This document shows, piece after piece, positions 31,601-43,311 of a stretch of DNA of 55,370 bases. Made by a program: the position numbers and the translations under genes. The stretch's first letter is position 1; each line of letters starts with the position of its first letter. Below the pieces are notes generated by a model. It was not told the origin of the DNA, did no database searches, and worked only from the letters and a program-made list of their open reading frames with translations. The DNA comes from Rhizaria sp. SCN 62-66 (lineage: Eukaryota): NCBI GenBank assembly GCA_001724265.1, contig MEDY01000317.1:1-55370 (forward strand), read 5' to 3'.

Positions 31601-32723
31601 GCTGACTCAGCACACTGCCCGCACTCGCACTGGCGCTGGTGCTGGCACTGGCGCTGGCGCAAGTGAGAGTGAAGGGCGCGGGCTGCAACTTGATCGTGAA
31701 CGGGGGGCGGGCCACGTTGACAAACTCAGCAGCAGCAGCAGCCGCGGCGGCCGCATCAGCACCAACGCTCGCGGCGCCAACGCTGGGACTGGTAGCGGTG
31801 CTGACGGACGCATTGCTGTTGTTGCTGTTGTTGCCGAGGTTGCTCGCGATCGCAGCGGCCGCAGCAGCGGCGGCGGCGGCAGTGGCAGCGGCAGACTCGC
31901 CAGTGCTGAGGGCGCCCATCAGCCGGTCGAGCTCTGCAGCCTCAGCAGTCTCAACAGCAGCGGCGGTGGTGGCGGCAGCGGTGGCCGGCGTAGCGTCGCC
32001 GCTGTCGATGACCTGCTGGTAGAGCTTGGTGACCTTGCCCGCGACCGCGGCGACCCAGGGGTCGACGACGACCTCGAGTCCGGTGCCGTCATCCGCGTAC
32101 GCGCAAGGCTCGGCGCGCCGCGCGCCCAGCTTCACCAGCTGCGACTCGACCGACTTGAGGCCTTGGCAGAAGCGGTCGTAGTTGGTGTCGCCCAGCCCCA
32201 GGCCCAGGAAGCGCACGCGCGACAGCACACCGCCAGCGTTAGTGGCAGTTGTGCCATCTGCAGCAGCAGCGGCAGCGGGAGCGGCGCGCTCGAGGCGCTT
32301 GAGCTGGCGGTAGAAGGAGCGGCCGTTGTCAGGGATATCGCCCTGCCCCGTGGTGGAGACGACGAGCACGACGCAGCGCTCGTGCGGCAGCAGCGCCAGC
32401 TCGGGGTCAGAGGTCACGTACGCTGACAGAGGCATTACGCGCGGCGCGGCTACGGTTACGTGCGCGCCGGGGCAGCTGAGCGAGCCGGCGAGCTTGAGCG
32501 CGACGAAGGAGCCCAGGTCGCCGTGCAGCACCTTGGAGATGGCCTCCGCGTTGCCGGTGTGCGAGGCGTAGAGAATGAGCGGGCCGGGCAGCGCCAGAGA
32601 GGGGCGAGATGGCTGCGCGGCGGGCACGCAGGCGCAGCCGGCGGACGAGTGCACGTGCGCTGCGGGCTCTGCTGCGGGCGCAGCGGCGGGCGCGGGGGCG
32701 GCGAGGGACGCAGGCGTGGCCAT
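28644..32723 (-). CDS. MTRR: Diflavin reductase, methionine synthase reductase-like
   Basis: Flavodoxin domain ILYASHTGNA, STTGQGDIPDN, LGLGDTNYDRFC, ADDGTGLEVVVDPW (MTRR-like); FAD/NADP domain RVYSIAS, GVAT, GPGTGIAPFLG, AFSRE, YVQH, VCGDGVGMARGV, RYRTDVWS. Confidence 0.85.
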   Translation of the reverse strand: MATPASLAAPAPAAAPAAEPAAHVHSSAGCACVPAAQPSRPSLALPGPLILYASHTGNAEAISKVLHGDLGSFVALKLAGSLSCPGAHVTVAAPRVMPLSAYVTSDPELALLPHERCVVLVVSTTGQGDIPDNGRSFYRQLKRLERAAPAAAAAADGTTATNAGGVLSRVRFLGLGLGDTNYDRFCQGLKSVESQLVKLGARRAEPCAYADDGTGLEVVVDPWVAAVAGKVTKLYQQVIDSGDATPATAAATTAAAVETAEAAELDRLMGALSTGESAAATAAAAAAAAAAIASNLGNNSNNSNASVSTATSPSVGAASVGADAAAAAAAAAEFVNVARPPFTIKLQPAPFTLTCASASASTSASASAGSVLSQQQQLELAALLTQPHSSKSPLDVSKGQAQSKWALDTAASDPTTLAGIALPLLSAAASSTANKAASKDAKADAEAKADAKAKAEAEAEAEAEAEAAEGEGLGYSADAPVLARVLSVRPVCREGDWPHPYAAAAKCPLDESKYDPRVVLQVRLRVPARVAALMRPLAQLPAPAQSKGPLTSPVLYHPGDCVSVLTPNPPAVVQAALRCLRVLPVASASTVSASVSAATLAGYDYTQALAPISFAPAPAADDTSASASADKDTAVVAATGAGAAGAAAAPFVPAHLPAWLRRCVITPTSTPLPLSLHSLLAHGLDITAPPRRALLRCLAARCAAPADAAPAAAAAAVRDSERLLAAVARDGKACMDAVVHAQRLSLPELLTVIAPNARADAAEVAEHTAALQSRVYSIASTPAQEDASGNAAASDDDAEEEENDDCAVSASSSAGAGGCVRVSKSGRTVTVYMTVVRHAPPPVQAAFPVAGPAADAAGADFGRQGAVCGLPDVAYPGSVSGSAPAPAAAAPAATAAGEGSEKKEKAPLWARTPAPVARAAQPPSRTYGAAQEAADHRAYTAAAAATGAAAGADDGELRRVVHGVATGFFDQLAQLSGRGDASTAGGALSWLELPGRVVLTSNSGADANGKAKTATFIPLSIHVAPAFRLPHEPLLLPYNGNANAHTSNSNSNSNAVTVNGASASANANPPLLLVGPGTGIAPFLGHLKHLRAARATALGGSGCGDCEPVVVEDAPGVLTLAHPRARWLAALSGTDSGSSPGAGAGAGAGAGAGASAGAAEPSDVVLFTGSRGRERDAIERGAVAALLRVGALSAAHYAFSREPASASSGSDNSAEGGKTYVQHRLLAAGRAAAAAVLLRGATVMVCGDGVGMARGVQAALEAAIAAHGPQLWRDCNGGGDNTAELNAARAAGLTTTVPVDATAAAAAAARVSEERRAQGLGVLDLDLDRVPAAQTAVWARAYVLRMVKLGRYRTDVWSN

Positions 32724-33659
32724 CGCACTATGCAGTAGAGAAGAGAAGTTAAAACAAGATGCATGCGGCGAAACGTGAGTGGTGCGCAAGGGACGACGGG
32801 CAGTGAAGGGGCCGGTAGTGCGTGGAGTGCGAGATTCAGCGTGTATAGCAATATATAAGCGTTAAAAATTAAATTAATGAAATCAATGTAAATATTGCAC
32901 CTCGGATTTTGTTGTTGCACAGCTGAATGACGATGGTGTCACGCGGAGTACAGTTTCGCACTTGGCGCTCGTTTGTTGTCGACCACACCCCGATTTCGGA
33001 CTTATGGCTGTCGCGTCATCGCTGCTGCTGGTACTGTGTCTTTGGCGGCGTTTATAAAGGAACTTTAAGTTGATCTCGAGATATAGCGTATTTATAATGT
33101 ATTAAACGTATTATTGTTAGTATTACAGTGCAAAGTGCGGTGTTCAACGATATATCCACTGAATTCACTCTGGGATTAAAGGGCGACGGGCAATGCGCGA
33201 GAGTCACGGAAGTCAAAACAGGGCGCTAAACGATGGCAGCAGAGATTGCATGACCACAACATCATCGTATGGTATAAAAAATGCACTGACGCACTAAACA
33301 GGATATTAGTGGCGCTGGCAGGAGAGCGGGATAGCTCTCACTTGCCGCGTCGTCAAAGTCGGAGTTTCGTGTTGGTGACCGTTGTGCCGCCACAAACAGT
33401 GCTTGCTTCACATTCGAGGCGGATACGCGAGATATTACTCGAATAAACGCAACTGCTTGTGATACGTGTGGTTGATATAAGAAATTATGTCGACAAGGCT
33501 TGTTAGTAATGTCTCCATCGCAGCATAAATACACGAAGATACGACTGACCAAGGAGACACCAAATGACGAGTACTTCTACAGATTCAGTCGTGTAGACTC
33601 GCCACTCACTGACCCGGACATTGTTCGCACGCGGATTGAGTTGTGCTCATCGGTTTCGC

Positions 33660-35403
33660 TTAGACCTGGTTCATGCAGTCCTTAAAGAAGGCGCCCAGCT
33701 GGTTGATCGAGGCCATCGACAGCGAGTGCGCTAGACGGGGCTCCTGAGAGAAACAGAAGCAAGAAGAAGAGGTGTTGTAGGAATAGAGGTAAAGAAAGGC
33801 GCAAAGAGAGTACACAAATGAGTTTAAGTGCGAATATAATGAAAGTTGCGATGTAGAATCGTATGGCCCCGAGATGTCGATAAGGTTCATCGAGTCATCA
33901 TTTTAAGCACAGTCCATGATATTGCGTGGTGATATTACAGATAGAGCGAGCACGCACCTCGGTGAAGTGCGCGACGGTGACGCCCTTCTTGTCGAGCCAC
34001 TCCTTGGTGGCGCGCGCGTACTTAAGCGGCACGACTTGGTCCGCGGCGCCGTGGTAGATGAACAGCGGCGTCTGCTTCTGCACCACGAACCTGCAGCGGC
34101 GAACGCACGGGGTTCACGTGGGGGTACACGTGGGGGGTGCGCGTAAAAGAAAATAGGAAAAATGAGTTACCGTGAGCATAACAAACAGATACGGAAAAAT
34201 TAGTCAATGTAGAGCAACCATGGGGCATATCGTTGTGTTTATAACAAACAGAGAAATGATAGCAAACTTGCTAAGCGAATAGAGCGTGAGATACAAGTTA
34301 GAAGCAACGTACTCCTCGCGGTAGGGGATGAGGGCGTAGCCGGACATGACGCCCAGTCCGCCGAGCTGCTCCGCGGAGCGCAGGCCCATGTGCAGGGTCA
34401 TGGCGCCGCCCTGTACAGCAGCGAGTCGCGTAAGAAAACAAACAAGAATGTAGTTGTGAATGTGGGGGAGAAAAAAGGCAAGGATATAATACACGTATCA
34501 TAAGGACAGATTCGAGCTTATCGTGACGTATTTTCAAGTTAAAACGCGCCAAAAATTCCTAGTTTGCGTCTCAAGGTGTGCTTTAATAATTGAGTGTTTG
34601 TACGTACCTGGGAGAAGCCGCCGAGGAGGACGCGCTTGTAGGAGCCGAGCGCAGAGGCCTCGGCGTCGATGAGCTCCTGGACGAGCTCGGCAGAGGCCAG
34701 GATTGACTCGTCGTCCTGCTTGTCCTACGCTCGCAGTCGCCGCGATCGCAGTATCGCAGGAGAAACAATATAAGCGAAGGAAAGATGGAGTGAGTTGACA
34801 TATTTGAAGACAAGGTTATAGAAGAGTTTGAAGATCAAAGCAATCAAGTGAGTACACGACCACACATGTATACACATAGATCGAATAGTTAGAAATTCGG
34901 ATCTATATTGGCGTCACCACACGTACCTCGAAGCCGCGGTTGCTGCCAAGCGTCTTGATGTCGTACCAAGAGGGCATGACCATGCCGCCATTGACCGTGA
35001 CGGGCTGCTGCGGCGCGTTGGGCAGGATCACCTTGACGGACTTAGGCAGCTTGAGCATGTCGAAGACGTCGACAAAGCTCTCGCCAGCGTCGCCGAGCCC
35101 GTGCATGAAGATAACGGTGAACTTGTGCTCGCTCTGCGCGGGCAACACCACGGCGCGCTTCAGCAGGCGCGGCGCCGGCTTCGCGTCGGTCGACATTAGG
35201 CGGACGGGCTGCAGCGGCGGGCACGCGGTGCCCACGGAAGACGACGAGGAGAACGAGGCAGATGGCAAACAAGACGCAGCGGCGGATGCAGAGGAGGCAG
35301 CGGCGGCAGCGACGGGGGAGGTCGCGGTGGCGGCGGCGGTGAGAAGGGCGGCCGTGGCACACAGACGCAGCGGGGAACGGCGGAGGAGAGTGCGGGTAAG
35401 CAT
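33660..35403 (-). CDS. Acyl-protein thioesterase / lysophospholipase (LYPLA/APT family); exons 35403-34927, 34724-34608, 34410-34313, 34090-33958, 33743-33660
   Basis: IFMHGLGDAG, PVTVNGGMVMPSWYD, GGFSQGG (Ser), HGAADQVVP (Asp), LAHS (His). All four GT-AG introns are phase-compatible; TAA stop. Confidence 0.93.
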
Positions 35404-36209
35404 TGTGCGGGAGAGCAAGAGAGGCGAGAGCGAGTGTGTTGTGTGTTTGTTGTTGTTCACAGGTGCGTGTCAACAGCAAGTGGCGAGGAGAGGGGGGGTG
35501 GGACGCGGGGGGAAGAAGACGAGAGGTGGAAAAGCGGCTGTGAACAGCGTACAAGGTAAGAACAAGGACAATAAGAAGGCGGGCAGTGTGGGCATAACGT
35601 CACAACAACAAGACATTGCATTGGAAGGCTACGCGAGCGAAGGATAGAGAGTGCTGACAGAACGAGGGCATATACCACAGACGACGCAACAGAGATACGA
35701 TTTCATGGGGTAGATGCAAGAATTAGTGTGTACAGTTTTAGTATCATAGAGAAAACAAAGTTTAAGCATTTGAAGTGCGCGTGACATCTCAGGATTACGA
35801 AGGGGATATGCCAAAATGCATTGCATTCGTGAGCCACCACAAGGGATCCGGAGATTCGGTGGGCTGCGACCGCGACCGTGCTGGGGTTGCCTGACCTTGA
35901 AACAAAGTGTAACGTTCTGACACATTTCATCGTAACTAGCGAGTAATACTCAGTGAAGACGTCTAATAAGGGAGTTTATATTATTATTCTATTTTAAAGC
36001 TCCACAAGAAATGTGTTATGACTGGCAAGTCGACATGCACTGTTTGCGTGCCATTCAACGGCTCGCTTCTGCATCACCCTTTTTCCCCCTGCCTAGGTCC
36101 TCTCACACTTGCGCCTCCATCATTTTACACCACTACTATCCCGCAGAAACCGTCACCTAATCGAAGATAAACTTAACTTGGCGCCTCCTTGCCTTTGTTT
36201 CTCTCCGCA

Positions 36210-37497
36210 ATGAGTGACGACAACGAGTTCGGCTCCCCTGCCCCCTCTGCCTCCAAGGCTTCTTCGTCTTCCTCCGCCGCGCGCGCCGGCGCGGCCGAGC
36301 CGTCGCTGCTGACGGACGTCTTTGCGGGCTGCGCGCCCGAGGTTTCCAAGCCTATGCACGTGCCGTCGATCGCGCCCACGAGTGCGGCCGCCGCCGCGGC
36401 CAACGCGGCCGCCGCTGCCAGCGATGACGACGACGCCGACGCCAGCGCCGGCGAGCTCCCTGCCTCTGGCACGCGCCCGCGGCCGCTGCCCGTGGCGTCG
36501 GGCGCGGCTGCGGCGGGCGCGGAGGTGGAGGTGCTGCAGTACAAGGTCGCCGTGGTGGGCAACGGCGCCGTCGGCAAGACGAGCCTCATCTCGCGGCTCT
36601 GCACGCAGGCCTTCGTGCCGCAGTACAAGCAGACGCTCGGCGTCGATCTTTATAAGGCACGCATCGACCTGCCCGAGGGCGTCAAGGCCTCGCTGCAGAT
36701 TTGGGACATTGGCGGGCAGATGCTCAACTCGCCCATGGTCGCCAACTACCTCTACGCCGCACAGGTGCGTAGCTAAATATGTTCTTGCGCTTGTTGGAAT
36801 CTTTAAGCATAATTATTTCTGCTACCTTTATGAATTATCCCAATTTATGACTGATTATATTATTTTACTGAGTATTGGCTCATATAAAACGTATATACCC
36901 CACACATTGATGCGAGATGTCTTGACTGCAGGCGATCGTGTTTGTGTACGACGTGACCAACGCCAACTCGTTCAAGGACCTGGAGGACTGGCTGGCGCTC
37001 GTCAAGCGCCAATTCCCCGCCAGCGAGCTGCCCTACATGGCGCTCGTGGGCAATAAGATGGACTTGACGCACATGCGCGCGATCAAGCCTGACAAGCACG
37101 CAAAGTTTGCGGACGAGAACAACATGTTTTCGTTCCTGCTCTCAGTCCGCCTAGGAGACCTCGTATGTCGTGCTTGCGCTAACAGATGAAATAACTGTTT
37201 ATTATTGTGATGTATCTTTTGTTCCACGCGTTGTGCTGTCATTATAATTGAATATTTTGTAATCTCACTCTTGTTCGTATCATCGCATCGTCTTTGTTTC
37301 TTCGTAACTTATAGGTCGAGGTTATGTTCCGCCGCATCGCAGCCGACCTGGCTGGCGTTGTTTTGACCAAGGCGCACCTGGACGTTGCGCCCGCGGTGAT
37401 CCCCGCGCGCCTGACCAACCACACACAGCACGATCCGACGCAGAAGCCGCTCGCGCTGCGCGACAGCGGCAACTCGTCCAGCTGCACAGTCATGTGA
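36210..37497 (+). CDS. RAB28: Small GTPase Rab28; exons 36210-36764, 36932-37162, 37315-37497
   Basis: GNGAVGKTS, YKQTLGVD, the Rab28-type WDIGGQ, NKMD, CAAX end CTVM; two phase-0 introns; about 105-aa low-complexity N-terminal extension. Confidence 0.92.
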
Positions 37498-37633
37498 GCA
37501 GTTGTTGTCTCTGTCACTGTCACTTCACTGCCACAAATGTGCGTTGTGAGTTGCCGTATGTGTGAGACGTCGTTGTGCAGTGTTGTGCCCAGCAGTGCAC
37601 TAGAGTGGTGCATTGACTTTCGCTATCCGACTT

Positions 37634-37659
37634 AGCTTAATAAGCTTACTTATTAAGCT
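37634..37659. repeat. Perfect 11-bp inverted repeat (AGCTTAATAAG-ctta-CTTATTAAGCT) within a cluster of TAAGCTTA palindromes
   Basis: Arms 37634-37644 and 37649-37659 are exact reverse complements; about 140 nt downstream of the Rab28 stop. Confidence 0.8.
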
Positions 37660-38361
37660 TAAGCTTATCGTAAGTTTAACGCATCTTGATTTGCTTGATG
37701 ATAGTACGAATTACTAACTGTTTGAAGAGGGATTACGATGCGGGCCACGCACAGCTGCTGTCAACAGAAACTTGTTCCGATATGATTAACTTAACATCAA
37801 TGAACTTATAAACAACGAGCATACAGTTTAGATTTAAAAAGCAACACGTAACTGAAGAGTAGTGCTAGATCAAACAATAAAATAGATTTGTATACGTAGA
37901 TGTGCGAATGTTTCTGGCAAGTAAATAATAGAAAGAAACATATTTGAAAAAAAAGGGATTCGACATAATGTAAGTTCGACAGTTCATGAGCACTCTACAA
38001 CTAGCACGGTTAGATGCCAACAGGGCAAAGCAAGGTAGAGCACAGACAACGAGGGCTTACACACTCACAAAACAGAACACAATGCAATGCATAGAAAGAA
38101 AAGAAATGTTGTTACAAAATAGAATAATATGGACTACGTATAAGCCGAGGACTTGAGAGGCGACTGTCTTTGACGTAACGCAAATGAAGAAGGAAGAAGG
38201 AGGATGAGAACAAAATAGGATTAGGTACATGAAGTATATTAATAACACACTGAGTTACGTTAAAGATGGGTGCAATAAACTTGTGTTGAGTTTACATGCC
38301 AACATTTTACAAGGCATACACGCTTGTCTTCGTCTTCGATAGCGTTAACACACTTCGAGCT

Positions 38362-40931
38362 TTAGGTGTGGACGGCGCCGCGGGTGCCCCTGACCGTGGC
38401 AGCGGCCGCCGCAGCCGCCGCGGCGGCCGTGGCCGTGGCCGTCGTCGCCGCGGCCGCATCTGAGGGCGTGGCGGGCACCGACGGGGGCTGCGAGCCCCCG
38501 GACACGGATACAGCCACACCGGACCCCGAGGGGACAGCGGTCGCGGCAGGAGTGGCGGTCGCGGCGGAGGCCGAGGCCGGCGCAGCGGTGCGCAGAGCAA
38601 CCCCGCCGAAGCCGGCGCCGCTACTGCTGTTGCCGGCCGCGGCCGAGGGCGAGGCCAGCGCGGACTTGGGCGTCGCGGCGCTACTCACAGTGCCAGCGCC
38701 AGTGCCAGCGCCAGCGCTGGGCGCGGTGGCCGAGCCGGAGCTGGAGGTGCCCACGGTCAGCGGCCGCAGCGCCGCGAGCCCGGCCCCCGCCGCGGCGGCG
38801 CTGGCGCCGGCGGGCTTGAGCCCCCCCAGCGCTAGCGCGGCGGTCGCGAGTCCCGCCGAGGCGCCCGAGGCCGCGGGCGAGGACTCGGCTTTGGTCGCGG
38901 CGGCCGTGCTGGGGGCGGAGCCCGAGGCCGAGGCCGTGACGGCGCCGACCTCGAGCTTGACCGAAGCGCTGGCGCCGTCGTCAGTCATCGCGACGCCGGC
39001 GCCGCCGAAGCTGCCACTGCCACTGCTAGTGTTGCTGTTGGAGTTGGTGGCGGCGGCGGTGAAGAGCGCCCGCATGAGCACGGAGGCGACCTGGTCGGCC
39101 TTCTTGGCCAGGCCCGCGAGGCCGCCAGCCGCATTGGACTCCGTAGCGGCGTTGGCAGCGGCAGCGACAATGGAGGACTCGGCACCGCCGTCGGCGTCGG
39201 CGTCGGCGTCGGCGTCAGCGCCGGCGAGCGCGCTTGCGAGCTCACGCCCGAGCTTCGCGAGCTCGCTGCTGTCGTCGTTATGCGCGGCAGCAGCGTCGGC
39301 GTCGGTGTCGAGGTTCTCGAGATTTTCGTGGTCATCGCCCTCGTCGCCATCCTCGTCGCCGTCGTTGTCACCGGCGCTGGCGCTGGCGCTGCGCCCGCGG
39401 CCGCCGCGGCCACCCTTGGCGCTGCCGCCACGGCCGCCGCGGCCGCCAGCCTTGGCTATGTTAGCAGCAGTTGAGCGGGCGCGCGGTTGCTGCGCGGCAG
39501 AAAGGGCGGGACGCTTGGCCGCGGCGACAGATTGCGCCTGCTGTTGCGGCTGCTGCTGCTGAAGCATGGACAGCATCGTGTAGCAGAGCGAGAAACCCTG
39601 CACAAAGGCGTTGGCGCTGCTGCTGTTACCGGCATTGTTAGAACCGAGAGCAGACAGGAGCGACGCACAGCCGCCTTCAGCAGCGTTGCTGCCGCTGCCA
39701 CCGCTGTTGGTGGTGGCCTGGGGCCAGGGCGAGGCCGCGAGCGGCAGCGGCACCTGCTGCTGCATCAGCTGCAACAACTGCTGTTGCTGTTGCTGCTGCT
39801 GCTTGCTAGAACCGGCCGCAGTCACAGAGCCGAGCCGGTTGCCTGCCGCCGCGGCCGCCGCAGCCGCCGCGGCGGTGGTGCCAAGCCCGGTGAAGCCGCC
39901 GCCGAGCGCGCCCGCGGCGCCGTGGTGGCCGACCAGCGGCGGCGAGTTGAGGTACGACAGGAACGTCGACTGCGGCCCTCCGCCGGCAAGATGGCTGCCA
40001 GCGCCGCCACCGCCGCCCAGGGGGAAGGTGTGGCCCGAGATGACGATGCTGCCACCACCCGCGCCGCGGGGTTCGCCCTTGACGCCCCCGCCGTGCTGCT
40101 GGCCGTGGCCGTGTTGATGACTGCCCGCATTGCCGCCGCCACCCCCGCCCATGAGCGCCTCGATGCCGGTCAGCGCGGCCGAGGCGGCCCAGGACCCCAG
40201 CAGCGGCGACGCGTCGCTGTCGAGCCGCCCCGCGCCCGCGGCGCCCGCGCCCGCGAGCAGCCCCGCGGCCGAGGAGACTCCAAGCCTCCGGTCCGCGCCG
40301 GCGCCGGCGCCGGCGCCAGTACCAGCGCCGGCGCCGCTGGCGAGGGCGGCGGCCGCGGAGGCGGTGGCGGCGGCGATGGCGGCGGCCGAGGGCAGCGACG
40401 GCGACGACATGCCGCCGCCGGTGGCCGCGGAGGCGTTGTCTTGCTGCTGCTGCTGGTGGTGGCCGCCGTGGGCGGAGTGACCGTGGGCGGAGTGACCGTG
40501 GGCGTGGCCGTGAGCGCCGTGGCCGTGGCCGTGACCGTGGTGCAGTCCCAGCGCGCTGCCGGCGCTGTTGCTGTTGCTGTTGCTGGAGAGCGCGGTGTTG
40601 TTGTTGCGCAGCGCGGCGAAGAGCGTGTTGCTCATGGGCTCGAACAGCGGCGATCCGCGGGGGGCTGACGCGGCCAGGAGACCGCCCACGGTTGTCGTCG
40701 TCACTCCCGCCCCCGCGCCCGCGCCCGCGCCGCCCGCGGCGGTGCCGCTGCTGCTGCCGCCGGGGCCGCCGGGGCCAGAGCCCGCGCCCGCGGCGGCGGC
40801 GGCGGCTGCGGTGGCGGAGGAGGCCGTCAAGCCGGGGCGCGCGAAGATGTGGTGCGGCGAGTTGATGGGCGAGTTGCCGGGGGCCCCGCTGGCGCTGCCG
40901 CCGCCCTGAGAGGCCTTGCCTTCAGCACCTC

Positions 40932-40969
<38 letters not shown>

Positions 40970-43311
40970 GGGCCGCCCTGCTGCTGCTGCTGCGCGCTGC
41001 TGGCGTTGGCGCCGCCACCGCCGCCGCCGCCCATGTGCAGGCCGACGGGCGACGAGGGCCGCGTCCAGCGCATCGCGGGCGACGCGATCGACGGGAACGA
41101 CGACGCGTAGCCCGTCGCCGTCACCGACACGCCCAGCCCCGCGGTAACGCCAGCGCCGCTCGCGCCGCCGGCCGCGCTGGAGCTGGAGCTGGACGAGGCG
41201 GCGGCGGCGGAACGGAGCGCGGCCGCGGCGGCGCCGACCTTGCCAGTGGGCCCCACAGTCGCGCCAGGTCCCGCGGCCTGCGCGGGGCCGCCTGCGCCGC
41301 CGCGGCTGCCTGCGCCGCCGCCCGCGGCGCCCCCACCGGGGCCGCCGGCGGCTGCCGCGGCTGCCGCGGCCAGGTTAGACAGCGCGCCCCCGGCCGCGCC
41401 GCCGCCGCCACCGCTGTTAATGCTGCTGCTGTTGCTGTTGGCCGCCGCGGCCGAGGCCGAGGAGGTGGCGGCCTGGTTGAGCTGCAGCGAGTGGGCGAGC
41501 AGGGGCGCGGTGGCCGCCGTCGTGGCCGGGGTGCCCACGCCGACGCCCAGCGCACCGAGCCCGCCGCCGAGGCCGAGACTGAGGTTGGCGGCCTGGCGCT
41601 GCGCCAGCGACTGCGTGAAGGGGAAAGGGGACCCGGGGCCGCCGCTGTTGAGCCCGCTGCCGAGTCCGTGGCCGCCGGTCGCCGAAGACGAAGACGACGA
41701 CGAGGACGAGGACACGGTGGCGCTGCCGCTGCTGCCGCTGTTGTTGTTGTTCGCGGGGCCGATGGCGGCGGCGTACATGCCCGGCACGGCCGTGTGCGCC
41801 TGTGCCAGCGAGTGTGACAGCGCCCCATAGCCGCTGCCGCCGCTGTTGCTGTTGTTGTTGCCGTTGCCGCCGCCACCGCCGCCGCCGTGGTGGAGCTGCG
41901 AATGCGAGTAATAGTTGTCCAGCGCGTCGACGAAGCCGTTGCCGCCGCTGTCGCTGTTGCTGTTGTTGTTGCTGTTGCTGCCGTAGTGGCTGTGCGCCCC
42001 GTGATGGTGGTGCCCGTGGCCGTGGCCGTGCGCGTGACCGTGGGCGTGACCATGGGCGGCAGCGGCAGCGGCGGCGGCGGCGTGGTGGTGCTGCTGCTGC
42101 TGATGGGACGATGCCATCATCCCCGGGTAAAAGGGGAACTGCGAATGGCCGAACGCGTGCGGGTGATGACCCAGCGCCGCAGCAGCCGCGGCCGCCGCGG
42201 CCGCAGCCGCCGCAGGGTCTGCCTTGACCAGGTCTTTCATCTGCCGCTTGCGACAGGCGGCGCAGCAACAGAGCCCGCGGCAGGCGGGACACTTCCAGCC
42301 GGCCACGGCGTCGCCGACGGGCCGGCGCTCCTTGTAGAACTTCTTCAGGCAGTGGTCGCAGTACTTCTTGCGGCACAGCGTCGCCGACGTCTTGCTCTTC
42401 TTGTTCGTGGCGTTGGAGCAGAAGGAGAGATCGGGCGTTGAGCGGCGCGACTTGCACTGGTGGCACGACGAGCCGCCCGAGGCGTCCGCAGCCAGCAGCG
42501 CAGCGGACTTGCGCTTGACGCGGCGCGAGCGGCCGTCGAGCAGCCCGCCGTCGCCGTCGCCGTCGCCGCCGCCGGCCCCGCCTGCGCCGCCGCCACCGCC
42601 GCCTGCGCCGCCGTCCCCGTCGCCGTCACCGCCGTCATCGTCGTCGTCATCGTCGCCGCCGTCGCCGTCGCCGCCATCGCCTGGGACGCCGTCGTCGTCA
42701 TCGAACTCGTCAAGCCCGCCGCCAACAGGGGCGCCGCCCTGCTGCTGCTGCTGATGCTGCGCGTGCGCGTGTGCGTGCGCGTGGGCCGAGTGCGAGTGCG
42801 CGTGCTGCTGCTGCTGCAAGAGCTGCTGCTGATACTGCTGGTAGTAGGCCATGTACACCGCCTGCGAGTACGCCGCGGGCTGCTGGCCGCCAGCGCCGCC
42901 GCCGCCGGCAGCAGCAGGGCCGGCGCCAGCGCCAGAGCTGGTGGTGGTGGTGTTGGTGGCGCTGGCGCTAGCAGCCGCGACGTCGGCTGCGGCAGCGGCG
43001 GGCGCGGGCGCGGGCGCGGGGCCGGAGGCCGAGGCGGGCAGCTGGGCGTCTGCATCCGCGTCGGCCGCTGCGGCGGCGGCGCCGCTGCTCTGGGGCCCCG
43101 CGAGCCTGGCCTTCTTGATCGTGGCCATGGCGGCCGCGTCGTTCTCGGCGTTGTTGGCGTCGCTGGCGGCGGCGACGGGCGCGGTGGGGGAGCCCGTGGC
43201 GCTGGTGTCCCGCGACTGCGACTGTGAGCCGCGCGCCTGGAGGATGGACATGCCGGTCATCGGGTTGCTGCCGTTGCCGCTGTCAGAGGCGGCAGAGGCA
43301 GGGGCGCTCAT
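38362..43311 (-). CDS. Large low-complexity protein with a zf-4CXXC_R1 zinc finger
   Basis: 1649-aa intronless ORF; CHQC..C..C..YCDHCL..WKCPACRGLCCCAAC at about 42470-42250; the rest is poly-Q/H/A/G/N; TAA stop. Confidence 0.85.
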
